DNA from: Obrimoposthia wandeli
Lineage: Eukaryota
Length of the DNA: 64,000 nucleotides
Direction of reading: 5' to 3'
Assembly (NCBI GenBank): GCA_977020255.1
Contig: CDROCS010001101.1
Span: 620,001-684,000, forward strand
Shown here: positions 17,673 to 26,449 of the stretch, piece by piece
Numbering within the stretch: the first letter of the stretch is position 1
Layout: every line of letters starts with the position of its first letter
Position numbers and translations under genes: made by a program
Notes under the pieces: generated by a model
Told to the model about the DNA's origin: nothing
The model's database searches: none
What the model saw: only the letters and a program-made list of their open reading frames with translations

Positions 17673-20600
17673 ATGAATATCAATATGAATATAAATACAT
17701 TGCCAAAATTAATGCTTACTTTGTTATTGCTAATAACTAGCTCACTTTACGCCAGTACTGCTTATGCAAGTACGACTGAAACTAAAAGTAACTATGCAAA
17801 TACCAAAAGTAACAGCTTATTACTATCAACTGATAAAACGCAGTTTATTAGTGCAAATATGGATGCAGGTAGCGTCAGTATTTTGAATGCAGAGACAGGT
17901 GAATTAATCGCAGAGCAAGCCTTAGGTAAAGACCTTCGTCGCCTCGCGCTCGACCCGGTTAACAACCAATTATTAGTCAGTGATTATCTTGCCAATCAGC
18001 TCTACCTTATTGATGCAAAGAGCCTAGCTTTAATCAAAACTATTAAAACCGGTGACCGCCCTTTCGGTATTGTCTACGACGAATATAATAAACAATATTA
18101 CGTCACTTTATTTGAAGCAAAGCAGCTATTAACCGTTTCAATTGATGGTGAAATAACCGCGACAACCAAAACAGCAGATACCCCGCGTGGCCTTGCTCTT
18201 GCAAATGACGGGCGTTTATTTGTCACCCACAGCATGACAGGTCAAGTATCTATTTATGATACGCGTTCTGCTACCTTGCAATCAAACACGTTGAAATCAA
18301 ACAAACTACAATTAAAAAAAGTTATTCAGCTTGTCGATACACCAGCACATGCATCACGCGCAGTACCACAGGGTAAACCTCGTGTACTCGATAATATTGC
18401 GATATCGCCCGATGGCACGCAAGCTTGGCTACCGCATGTATTATGGTCATTCGCGGATAATTTTCAATTTCAATCGACTGTCTTCCCCACTATTTCATTA
18501 CTTGACCTGACACCAGGCAAAGAAAAGGAAATGGTTGATAAACGTAAACAGTTATTCAAACAAATAAACATCATTGAAAATAACAACACCACGCGTATTG
18601 TATCGAACCCACACGATGCCGCATTCCGCGAAGACGGTAAAAAAGTATTCATTACCTTATCAGGTTCAGAAGATCTACTGGTGTTTGATCTGTCGCGCCA
18701 AGGAAAAATTGGTAAAAAATCGAAGCGTCATCGCCGAACTAAATTACAAGGCGGCGTAAAAGCGACGCAAATATACCGTCATATACCCGGAACTAACCCG
18801 CGTAGCCTAATTGAAAAAGACGGCACACTGTATGTTCAAAATGCCATGTCTCACGACTTAGTCAGTTTTGATGTCAGTGGTAAAGGTCCTTTTGCTAAAG
18901 TTAAATTAGCGAATGCGCAATTCGCTAAATTAATTAGTCACGATCCAATAGCACCAGAATTACGTTTAGGCAAAACCCTCTTCAATCTTGCAAACAGCGA
19001 TAAATTTGAAAACTCTGCCATGGCGGGTGATTTCTGGATGAGCTGTAACTCTTGTCATGTTGACGGTTTTAACTTTACCAACAAATACTTATTAGCGGAC
19101 GGTACTAAAGACGTTAAAGTAAATGCGATGACAGGCCACGTTGGGCTCGCCAGCATGATTGCCGGTGATCCGATTGAAGCTTACATTGATATGATCCAAA
19201 AGACGCAAGGTGGTATGGGTACTGATCCTAAAAAGCCAGAACTACCAAAAGTCGATCCTAAAGATCCTTCGGTAGAGATTGTACGTTTGATGTCAGCATT
19301 AAACATGTACGTCACCACTAAAGAGAATTTACCTTATTTATCAACTTGGTTACGTTTTGATGACGAACGCAAGTTCACCCATAAATCAGAATGGCTAAAT
19401 TCAGCAAGTTGCGAATCATGCCACAGCACCCTGTATAAACAGTGGTCAAATTCAAACCACGGCATGCACATGGATAGCCCTTATTATCGCTTCCAAGAAA
19501 ATCTCGCCGCAGAGTCAGAAGGTGAACCCTTTAGAAACTTATGTCGAGGCTGCCATGCACCGCAAACGATTCTAAATAACAATACAGCGCCACTGACTCA
19601 CCTCAACAGTATGTACGAGAAAGAAGGTCAATCACTACGTGATGCATTGAAAGAAGGTCTACCTGTCGATGAAACAGGAACCAGTTGTGTATTCTGTCAC
19701 CGTATAACCAAAGCTGAAGATGCTGGTGGTAATACCGATCTGACTGTTAACTTAAAAGATCGCGCTGAATACTTGTTTGAATTTTCGAGTAACCCAGCGT
19801 TAAAACTCATTGCCGAAGCACAAATAAATGCATCGCCACAGCAACACAAAGACAGCTATTCAAACCCTGAACTGTATAAAAGCTCATTATATTGTGCTAC
19901 TTGCCATAATGAGTTCACACCAGGTCAAGGTGCTAACGTGAATAATAACTATGGTGAATGGCAAGCCTCTAAATTTAACGCACCAGACAACCCAGAACAG
20001 AATAAAACCTGTATCGATTGTCACATGCGCTTAGACATGACTGACTTTGATAAGAAAGTACCAGGTCAAGCAACCGATAATGGCCCAATTAAGCCCAACT
20101 TAATTGCCCATAACTTTATTGGTGGTAACTACTACTTCTCTGATATGCGTTCGAAAGAACACGGTAAACTAAGCCGCGATATATTACGCAATGCACTGTT
20201 ACTTGATGTAGAAGCCAGCGAAGATGGCAGTAGCATCGACGTGAAGGTAACAAACCATAATACCGGTCATAAGATGCCAGGTGGCGCACGTCGTCAAGTA
20301 TGGGTTGATTTAGTTGTCACAGACAGCCAAGGCGTTGAACGCTTAGTCAGCGGCCAACTAAACGATGGTTATCTACCAAAAGACAGTCGTGTATTCGCCA
20401 AGAAAAGTGGTTATATGCACGGGGAACCGGTGGGACTTAAATTCTGGCGTGTAGAAAAAATTCTATCGGATACCCGTATATCACCCGATGAAACACGTAT
20501 TGAAACGTTTGAACTTCCTGAGGGGCTGAGTTATCCAATCACAGTAGTCGCTAAGATTAACTACCGCTCATTTTCGAAGCCGTTAACGAGTAAGGTACAA

Positions 20601-20681
20601 GCAGCGTTCCCTGAACAGGACATTCCTTTTGCTGATGTGATTGAATTAAATAAAGTAACCAAAGTGTTCCAGAAAAAGTAA
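17673..20681 (+). CDS. YVTN/YncE-type beta-propeller fused to hexaheme cytochrome c
   Basis: Signal peptide; propeller repeats (TGDRPFGIV, TADTPRGLAL, LDNIAISPDG, SNPHDAAF); six CXXCH: CNSCH, CESCH, CRGCH, CVFCH, CATCH, CIDCH. The track's ATG 17619 lies inside the Fur box, so 17673 is preferred. Confidence 0.85.
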   Translation: MNINMNINTLPKLMLTLLLLITSSLYASTAYASTTETKSNYANTKSNSLLLSTDKTQFISANMDAGSVSILNAETGELIAEQALGKDLRRLALDPVNNQLLVSDYLANQLYLIDAKSLALIKTIKTGDRPFGIVYDEYNKQYYVTLFEAKQLLTVSIDGEITATTKTADTPRGLALANDGRLFVTHSMTGQVSIYDTRSATLQSNTLKSNKLQLKKVIQLVDTPAHASRAVPQGKPRVLDNIAISPDGTQAWLPHVLWSFADNFQFQSTVFPTISLLDLTPGKEKEMVDKRKQLFKQINIIENNNTTRIVSNPHDAAFREDGKKVFITLSGSEDLLVFDLSRQGKIGKKSKRHRRTKLQGGVKATQIYRHIPGTNPRSLIEKDGTLYVQNAMSHDLVSFDVSGKGPFAKVKLANAQFAKLISHDPIAPELRLGKTLFNLANSDKFENSAMAGDFWMSCNSCHVDGFNFTNKYLLADGTKDVKVNAMTGHVGLASMIAGDPIEAYIDMIQKTQGGMGTDPKKPELPKVDPKDPSVEIVRLMSALNMYVTTKENLPYLSTWLRFDDERKFTHKSEWLNSASCESCHSTLYKQWSNSNHGMHMDSPYYRFQENLAAESEGEPFRNLCRGCHAPQTILNNNTAPLTHLNSMYEKEGQSLRDALKEGLPVDETGTSCVFCHRITKAEDAGGNTDLTVNLKDRAEYLFEFSSNPALKLIAEAQINASPQQHKDSYSNPELYKSSLYCATCHNEFTPGQGANVNNNYGEWQASKFNAPDNPEQNKTCIDCHMRLDMTDFDKKVPGQATDNGPIKPNLIAHNFIGGNYYFSDMRSKEHGKLSRDILRNALLLDVEASEDGSSIDVKVTNHNTGHKMPGGARRQVWVDLVVTDSQGVERLVSGQLNDGYLPKDSRVFAKKSGYMHGEPVGLKFWRVEKILSDTRISPDETRIETFELPEGLSYPITVVAKINYRSFSKPLTSKVQAAFPEQDIPFADVIELNKVTKVFQKK

Positions 20682-20694
20682 CCAACGCACTTCT

Positions 20695-20734
20695 CGGTCT
20701 AGCCATATTCTAAGCGTTAAATATGGTTAGACCG
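20695..20734. terminator. Stem-loop closing the cluster
   Basis: cggtctagccatatt ... aatatggttagaccg inverted repeat. Confidence 0.55.
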
Positions 20735-20822
20735 TGGCAAGTTACTTATATTCATTAAATAATTCGCCTTTTTGCTAATTCGGCATAAGCTTATAGATAA
20801 CTTTGTTAATAAAGCACTCTTT

Positions 20823-21458
20823 ATGCATTCATATATCGCTAAGCAGCCGATTTTAAACAGCGCCCGTCAAATTGTCGCTTATGAGCTTTTGTATCGTGAC
20901 AGTTTAGAAAATACCTTTCCAATGATTAATGCTGAGATCGCCACTGAGCGCTTAGTTGAAGAACATTTGTTAAACTCTAATATCAATAAACTCGTTGATA
21001 ATAAGCCCTACTTCATCAATTTTACCGAAAAATGCATACTCGCAGGCTTGCCAATAAAACTCATCAACAAGCCTATCATTATTGAAGTACTAGAAGATGT
21101 GCCGCCAACGAAAGCGATATTTAATGCGTTAACAAAATTGAAAAATATGGGATTTACCATCGCGCTGGATGATTTTATTTATTCTGAAGAATGGTTACCT
21201 TTTTTTAGCATTATCGATATTATCAAGTTTGATATTACCCTCACCTCTTTTAAAGAAATAAAAACGCTAAAGCCATTATTAGACCAACATCAAGTCAGTA
21301 TATTAGTTGAAAAAATAGAAACGGAATGGCAATTTAAGCAAGCTAAAAATCTGGAGGGTAAATATTTTCAAGGTTATTTATTCTCTGAACCAGAGATAGT
21401 ATTAAATGAGATTAATAGGCAGGATATAAAAGGAACACAGGTGATAAGCATCATTTAA
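20823..21458 (+). CDS. EAL-domain protein of YuxH/CdgJ type, lacking the usual C-terminal HDOD domain
   Basis: MHSYIAKQPIL...YELLYRD, FINFT, IIEVLEDV, IALDDF, EKIET, YFQGYLFSEP; ORF stops about 20 aa after the EAL domain. Confidence 0.75.
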   Translation: MHSYIAKQPILNSARQIVAYELLYRDSLENTFPMINAEIATERLVEEHLLNSNINKLVDNKPYFINFTEKCILAGLPIKLINKPIIIEVLEDVPPTKAIFNALTKLKNMGFTIALDDFIYSEEWLPFFSIIDIIKFDITLTSFKEIKTLKPLLDQHQVSILVEKIETEWQFKQAKNLEGKYFQGYLFSEPEIVLNEINRQDIKGTQVISII

Positions 21459-21487
21459 TACGCTTATCACCCACAAATGCCAGCTAA

Positions 21488-22069
21488 TTAAGCGCTGGCG
21501 TTACCGTTCATGAAATGCTTACGACACAAGGAAACATAAAGCTCATTGCCACCAATAGCAACCTGCTCACCTTCTCGTAATACCACGCCAGTGTCGCTCA
21601 CTCGCGCATTCATGTGGGCTTTATTGCCACACCAACAAATGGTCTTAAGTTCTTCAACTTTATCGGCAAGACACATTAAGTGGTAAGAACCTTCAAACAT
21701 TTCTAATTTGAAATCAGTCTTTAAACCATAAACAATAACCGGGATATTTAATTCATCCACGACTCTCGCTAATTGATAAACCTGATCACGAGACAAGAAT
21801 TGGCCTTCATCAATGATAAAGACATCAATTTTTTTACTCTCTGACCGGTCAGTAACAGTAATAAATAAATTGGTATCTTTTTCAAATACTTCGACTTCTA
21901 GCTTTAAGCCTACACGCGCACCAATAACACCCTTACCATAACGACTATCACACTCAGGAGTCATCGCCAGTGGATACATACCACGCTCGATATAATTAAA
22001 GTGAGCTTGGATTAATTGTGTTGATTTACCTGAATTCATAGCTGCAAACTTGAAATGCAAAGATGCCAT
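21488..22069 (-). CDS. tdk: Thymidine kinase
   Basis: AAMNSGKST, DSRYG, IDEGQFL, YGLKTDF, KTICWCG, YVSLCRKH. Confidence 0.97.
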   Translation of the reverse strand: MASLHFKFAAMNSGKSTQLIQAHFNYIERGMYPLAMTPECDSRYGKGVIGARVGLKLEVEVFEKDTNLFITVTDRSESKKIDVFIIDEGQFLSRDQVYQLARVVDELNIPVIVYGLKTDFKLEMFEGSYHLMCLADKVEELKTICWCGNKAHMNARVSDTGVVLREGEQVAIGGNELYVSLCRKHFMNGNASA

Positions 22070-22080
22070 TTTATACCCTC

Positions 22081-22108
22081 AAAAAAAACGCCTGTATCAA
22101 CAGGCGTG
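22081..22108 (-). terminator. Intrinsic terminator between lysW and tdk
   Basis: Minus strand acgcctgt-tgat-acaggcgt followed by a T-run of about 8. Confidence 0.7.
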
Positions 22109-22171
22109 TATTATTACTTAACCATTAAATTCAAGGCTGCTTGCTATAAACAGCCTGTTTTTAATGTCTTA

Positions 22172-23767
22172 TTATACTTTACGACTTAATCGAGCCATGA
22201 TACCAACCACAACAGTAAATGCAATTACTGACGCGATAAATCCAGATAGTACAGAACTTGTAATACCAAGCACCAAGTAACCAATAGCACTTACTAACGC
22301 AATTGATAACGCATAAGGTAACTGAGTCATTACGTGGTCCATATGGTGGCAGTTAGCACCCGTTGACGATAAGATCGTTGTATCAGAGATAGGTGAACAA
22401 TGATCACCAAATACCGAACCCGCTAACACAGATGCTAGCATAGGTAACATTAACGTCATGTCCGTACCCGCAGCCATGTCACCAGCGATTGGTAACATGA
22501 TACCGAATGTACCCCAGCTCGTGCCTGTCGCAAATGCCATAAAGCCTGCTAGAACAAACATAATAACCGGCAGTAAATAAGCTGGAATAGACCCGCCAAC
22601 TGTCGTAGCAAGGTATTTACCTGTTTCGATAGAACCAATTGTCGAACCAATCGCCCATGCGAAGAACAAGATATAAACCGCTGGTAGCATTGATTTCGCA
22701 CCGTGGAAACTTGCTTGTGCTAACAATGATACCGACACACCAGAAATAAGACTTAATACCAAGGCTACAGCAAGACCAGATAATGCACCGTATACCAATG
22801 AGCTACCTACATCTGTATTTTCAAATGCACCTAGAATGTCGAAGGCTTTACCATCTGCAGCAAGTGATGAAGCACCTGAGTTAATCATGAAGAAGATAGT
22901 TGCAAAGATAAGCACAAGGATCGGAAGGATAAGGCCTAAGATGTGACCACCTTCAGCTTCTTTTAATTCAACCGTAGCACCCGCTGGACGGCCTTTCTTA
23001 TCATCAAATAATTTGCCTTCTTTCGCTGCTTCTTCTTCTTTCGCCATTAAACCAAAATCAAGGTTTAACATCGCAACAGCAAATACCATTGCGATAGCAA
23101 AGATAGCGTAAAAGTTCATCGGGATCATTTCTACAAACGCAGCAAGTGGGCTGACATCTGTAATTGCATGACTTGCTAAAATACCACCGATAACGGCAAT
23201 AATATAAGCACCCCAGCTTGAAATCGGCATTAATACACACATAGGTGCAGCAGTCGAATCAAGTAAGTAAGCTAATTTAGCGCGTGATACTTTGTAGCGG
23301 TCTGTCAATGGACGACTCACACTACCTACCGCAAGGCTATTAAAGTAATCATCAACAAAAATGAAGATACCTAAAAATGCAGTCAATAATATACTGCCAC
23401 GACGTGTAGTAATGCGTTGTTTAGCCCAGTCAGCAAATGCACTTGTTGCGCCACTTACCATCATGATACTTGTTAGCATACCGAGTATGAACAAGAATAC
23501 GATGATGGATAGATTCCAAGTGTTGAATGAACCCACTTCCCAGAACGAGCCCTTGCTCGCATCACCTGATTCCCAAACTAAGCTTAGCGCTAAGTCTGAA
23601 ACGTGTTTAGCCGCGTTAACAACATTAAAATCTGTTAAAAATAGTGCGCCAAGTAAAATACCACAACCAAGTGATAACAATACTTTACGCGTTACAATTG
23701 CTAATGTAAGTGCAACTAATGGTACAACCAGCGATAATGCTGAGTCTGAGTAATTAATGAGTTCCAT
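22172..23767 (-). CDS. lysW: NhaC family transporter, probable lysine transporter (LysW type)
   Basis: IFVDDYFNSLAVG, VSRAKLAYLLDSTAAP, GTSWGTFGIM, FGDHCSPISDTT; directly downstream of a lysine riboswitch. Confidence 0.8.
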   Translation of the reverse strand: MELINYSDSALSLVVPLVALTLAIVTRKVLLSLGCGILLGALFLTDFNVVNAAKHVSDLALSLVWESGDASKGSFWEVGSFNTWNLSIIVFLFILGMLTSIMMVSGATSAFADWAKQRITTRRGSILLTAFLGIFIFVDDYFNSLAVGSVSRPLTDRYKVSRAKLAYLLDSTAAPMCVLMPISSWGAYIIAVIGGILASHAITDVSPLAAFVEMIPMNFYAIFAIAMVFAVAMLNLDFGLMAKEEEAAKEGKLFDDKKGRPAGATVELKEAEGGHILGLILPILVLIFATIFFMINSGASSLAADGKAFDILGAFENTDVGSSLVYGALSGLAVALVLSLISGVSVSLLAQASFHGAKSMLPAVYILFFAWAIGSTIGSIETGKYLATTVGGSIPAYLLPVIMFVLAGFMAFATGTSWGTFGIMLPIAGDMAAGTDMTLMLPMLASVLAGSVFGDHCSPISDTTILSSTGANCHHMDHVMTQLPYALSIALVSAIGYLVLGITSSVLSGFIASVIAFTVVVGIMARLSRKV

Positions 23768-23879
23768 GATCCCTTTGACCTAATAAGTTTTATAGGAAGC
23801 GACTGAACAAGACAGATGAGATATGGCATAAGGCTATTTACAAATGATGTATGTAAAGATAACACTTACAACTCTTCTA

Positions 23880-24060
23880 TTTCAGTAGCGCCCCATAGTT
23901 AATTTAAAATTGACTATGACAGTGATGTCTCTATTCGAACACATCCCCAGAATGAATATCTTTAGCTAAATATCCATTCTTCGGCGCAATCCCCTTTTGT
24001 ATCGTTATTATAGGAGCAACCTAAACAACACTACTAATGAATCGCGCACCTCTACTTAGG
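23880..24060 (-). ncRNA. Lysine riboswitch (L-box)
   Basis: Minus strand begins AGUAGAGGUGCGCG, contains AAAGGGG..GCGCCGAA and CUGUCAUAG...CUAUGGGGCGCUACU; about 180 nt; upstream of an NhaC gene. Confidence 0.92.
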
Positions 24061-24526
24061 AGGAAATAAGATGATAGCAGATAACTTCACCACTTCAAGA
24101 CAAAAGCAGCGATAACGTTCACAAAGTGCACAGCAAGCAACATTAAAGCCTAACAGCTAAACCCCCTATTAATTCAAATAAAGTAAGTCTGTTTAAAACA
24201 ATAAAGTCATTAAATATTTTAAAAATAGTACATAGCTATAACGTTAAATTTCATTAATAATTTTCATTTACTACGCTAATTTATTTATATTTGTACCTCT
24301 TAGTAAATAAATGTAAATACATTGCCGTTTTCAGCGAGATTAGTATATTAATTATATTAGAGTATTATTATATTTAAGCGTATATTAGTTGTATGCATGT
24401 ATTAGTTGTATAAAGTATTATTTGTATAAACAGCACCCTTTCTATAAATAGTGCTGTGATACTTGTATATAAGTACTAGGCTAATTAAGAGTTACTTATC
24501 CCTCTGTCTAAATTTAGGTATTAATT

Positions 24527-24934
24527 ATGAATGATTTTATTAAAGTATTTTTAAATGCTCGTAGCCTACGCGCTGCAACAAAAGAATTAAGCGTTGAACA
24601 ACTTGAAGATGTTTTAATTAAATTCACTGCAATTGTAAATGATCGCAAAGAAGCTGAAGCCGCTGACTTAGAAAAGCAGCAAGAAAAACAAGCGAAGATG
24701 AATGAAATCTTATTACAGCTTAAAGAAAATGGTATTAGCCCTGAAGAATTAATGGGATTAACGGATACAACATCTGAAAAAACAAAAACAAAAACTAAAC
24801 GTGGCCCTCGCCCTGCAAAATATGCTTACGACCTTAATGGCGATGCTAAAACGTGGACAGGCCAAGGCCGCATGCCTTTACCACTGCAAGAAGTAATGAA
24901 TGCAAAAGGTACTATTGAAGAATTCTTAATCTAG
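24527..24934 (+). CDS. hns: H-NS family nucleoid protein
   Basis: LNARSLRA N-terminus; RPAKYAY...TWTGQGRMP DNA-binding motif; very AT-rich upstream region. Confidence 0.93.
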   Translation: MNDFIKVFLNARSLRAATKELSVEQLEDVLIKFTAIVNDRKEAEAADLEKQQEKQAKMNEILLQLKENGISPEELMGLTDTTSEKTKTKTKRGPRPAKYAYDLNGDAKTWTGQGRMPLPLQEVMNAKGTIEEFLI

Positions 24935-24944
24935 AGGGATCTTT

Positions 24945-25376
24945 GTGACACAATTTATATTACATCCACAACTTGCTGCAGATACGATCCTGGTTGGAGA
25001 GTTTCCATTGTGCCAAGTTTTATTGGCTAAAGATGGTAACTTCCCGTGGTTAATCTTAGTCCCTAAAATTAATGAGATCAGCGAATTTCATGATTTGACT
25101 AACGAGCAACAAATTCAATTTTTATCTGAATCTAACGCTGTCAGTAAATTATTAAAAGACGGATTAAACGCTGAAAAAATCAATATTGCAGCCTTAGGTA
25201 ATATGGTGCCACAATTACATATCCATCATGTTGCGCGTTTTAAAGAGGATGCTTGCTGGCCGAAACCAATCTGGGGTCAATTACCAGCCATCGCTCGCAC
25301 TGAACAACAGACTCTATTATTAACAACCATGATATCGAATAAGTTAGGATCTGGCTTTATCGCAAAACAAGCATAA
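24945..25376 (+). CDS. HIT domain protein
   Basis: LHPQLAADT, FPWLILVP, NIAALGNMVPQLHIHHVAR HIT triad, WPKPIWG. Confidence 0.9.
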   Translation: MTQFILHPQLAADTILVGEFPLCQVLLAKDGNFPWLILVPKINEISEFHDLTNEQQIQFLSESNAVSKLLKDGLNAEKINIAALGNMVPQLHIHHVARFKEDACWPKPIWGQLPAIARTEQQTLLLTTMISNKLGSGFIAKQA

Positions 25377-25486
25377 TACGTTAATGCTTATGTCTGGATG
25401 TAAACAGTGTCAAGTATCGGATCTAGTCTGATACTTGACCTACTTACCTTAACGACCCAATCGATTTACCTTCACGCGCTTAAAAA

Positions 25487-25729
25487 CTACTTGCCTTCAC
25501 GGTCCAAAATTCGCGACTGCCTTTTTAGTAACGGCGTGAGCATTGATTCCAATCCATTTAGCTTAACTTCATATATCAACGCAAGTTGTTGCCCCAGTTT
25601 AGAATCTGGAAAGCCATTACTGTAAAACCACACTAAATAAGGTTCAGGTAATTCGAGCAATAATCGCCCTCGATACTTACCAAACGGCATCTCAGTATTA
25701 ATTGCTTCAATCATTGCTTGTTGTGACAT
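25487..25729 (-). CDS. DUF3820 family protein
   Basis: MPFGKYRGRLLLELPEPYLVWF...GFP..KLG. Confidence 0.85.
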   Translation of the reverse strand: MSQQAMIEAINTEMPFGKYRGRLLLELPEPYLVWFYSNGFPDSKLGQQLALIYEVKLNGLESMLTPLLKRQSRILDREGK

Positions 25730-25776
25730 ACTAAATCCAATGTTAATTAATGATGTGTTCGCGAGTTTTATGCTCG

Positions 25777-26418
25777 CTATCTATAATTCTTGTTAAATAA
25801 GCCAGCTGGCATTTGGGCTATTTGAAAATTAATCATATATTCAAATGCACTCATCAGCGGCTGATACTTTTCTGTATCTTGATCTAATGTTGAAAGTAAT
25901 AAGAACCCAGCTTCAACCGTCGATAAACCACCTTCAATAGATGTTTGCCTTATTGTATATTGGCTTGGTTGCTGCGCATTCAATCGAACTGCAGGTATTG
26001 ATTGTAAATTACTTGAAGATTGATACATCTTAAAGGCTTTACGCCATGTTCCATCAAGTAAAATAAAAGTGCGTTTAATATTCGCATCTAGACTTTCATT
26101 TTCAACACAGCAATTAACCTTGTTCGCTAAATCCTCAGCAGCAATACTATCGTCACTCGGATAAAGTAAAAAACACTGTCTCGTCGGATCATTGAACATG
26201 TCATTTAACTGTGTATTGTCGGTAAAATTCTCACCAACTATAAGTTGACATTGTGGCAATGAAAGATTGAGAATACGGGCAGTGCCGATCGCATTTTTAA
26301 CTTCACTAGGGTGCTGTAATATAATTAATTCAATAGCTGAATCAATAACTGTTATATGCTGACAGATACAAGCCGGTAATGCTTTATCACATACAGGACA
26401 CTTTTTTCTTTTACTCAC
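25777..26418 (-). CDS. DTW domain protein (tRNA-uridine aminocarboxypropyltransferase family)
   Basis: CxxC..CxC N-terminus, LQHPSE, LLYP, LLDGTWRKA, GGLSTVEA; start GTG 26418 or ATG 26433. Confidence 0.88.
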   Translation of the reverse strand: MSKRKKCPVCDKALPACICQHITVIDSAIELIILQHPSEVKNAIGTARILNLSLPQCQLIVGENFTDNTQLNDMFNDPTRQCFLLYPSDDSIAAEDLANKVNCCVENESLDANIKRTFILLDGTWRKAFKMYQSSSNLQSIPAVRLNAQQPSQYTIRQTSIEGGLSTVEAGFLLLSTLDQDTEKYQPLMSAFEYMINFQIAQMPAGLFNKNYR

Positions 26419-26449
26419 GACAAACCTAAACATTATGGATTAATAAAAT

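Noticed and set aside
19000-19330. Calling the large cytochrome a di-heme cytochrome c peroxidase (MauG/CcpA)
   Set aside because: Only one CXXCH lies in the peroxidase-like segment; the other five belong to a different multiheme region.
24170-24526. Very AT-rich stretch as a possible foreign insert
   Set aside because: It is the hns promoter region, where AT-rich DNA is expected; no ORF or mobility signature.
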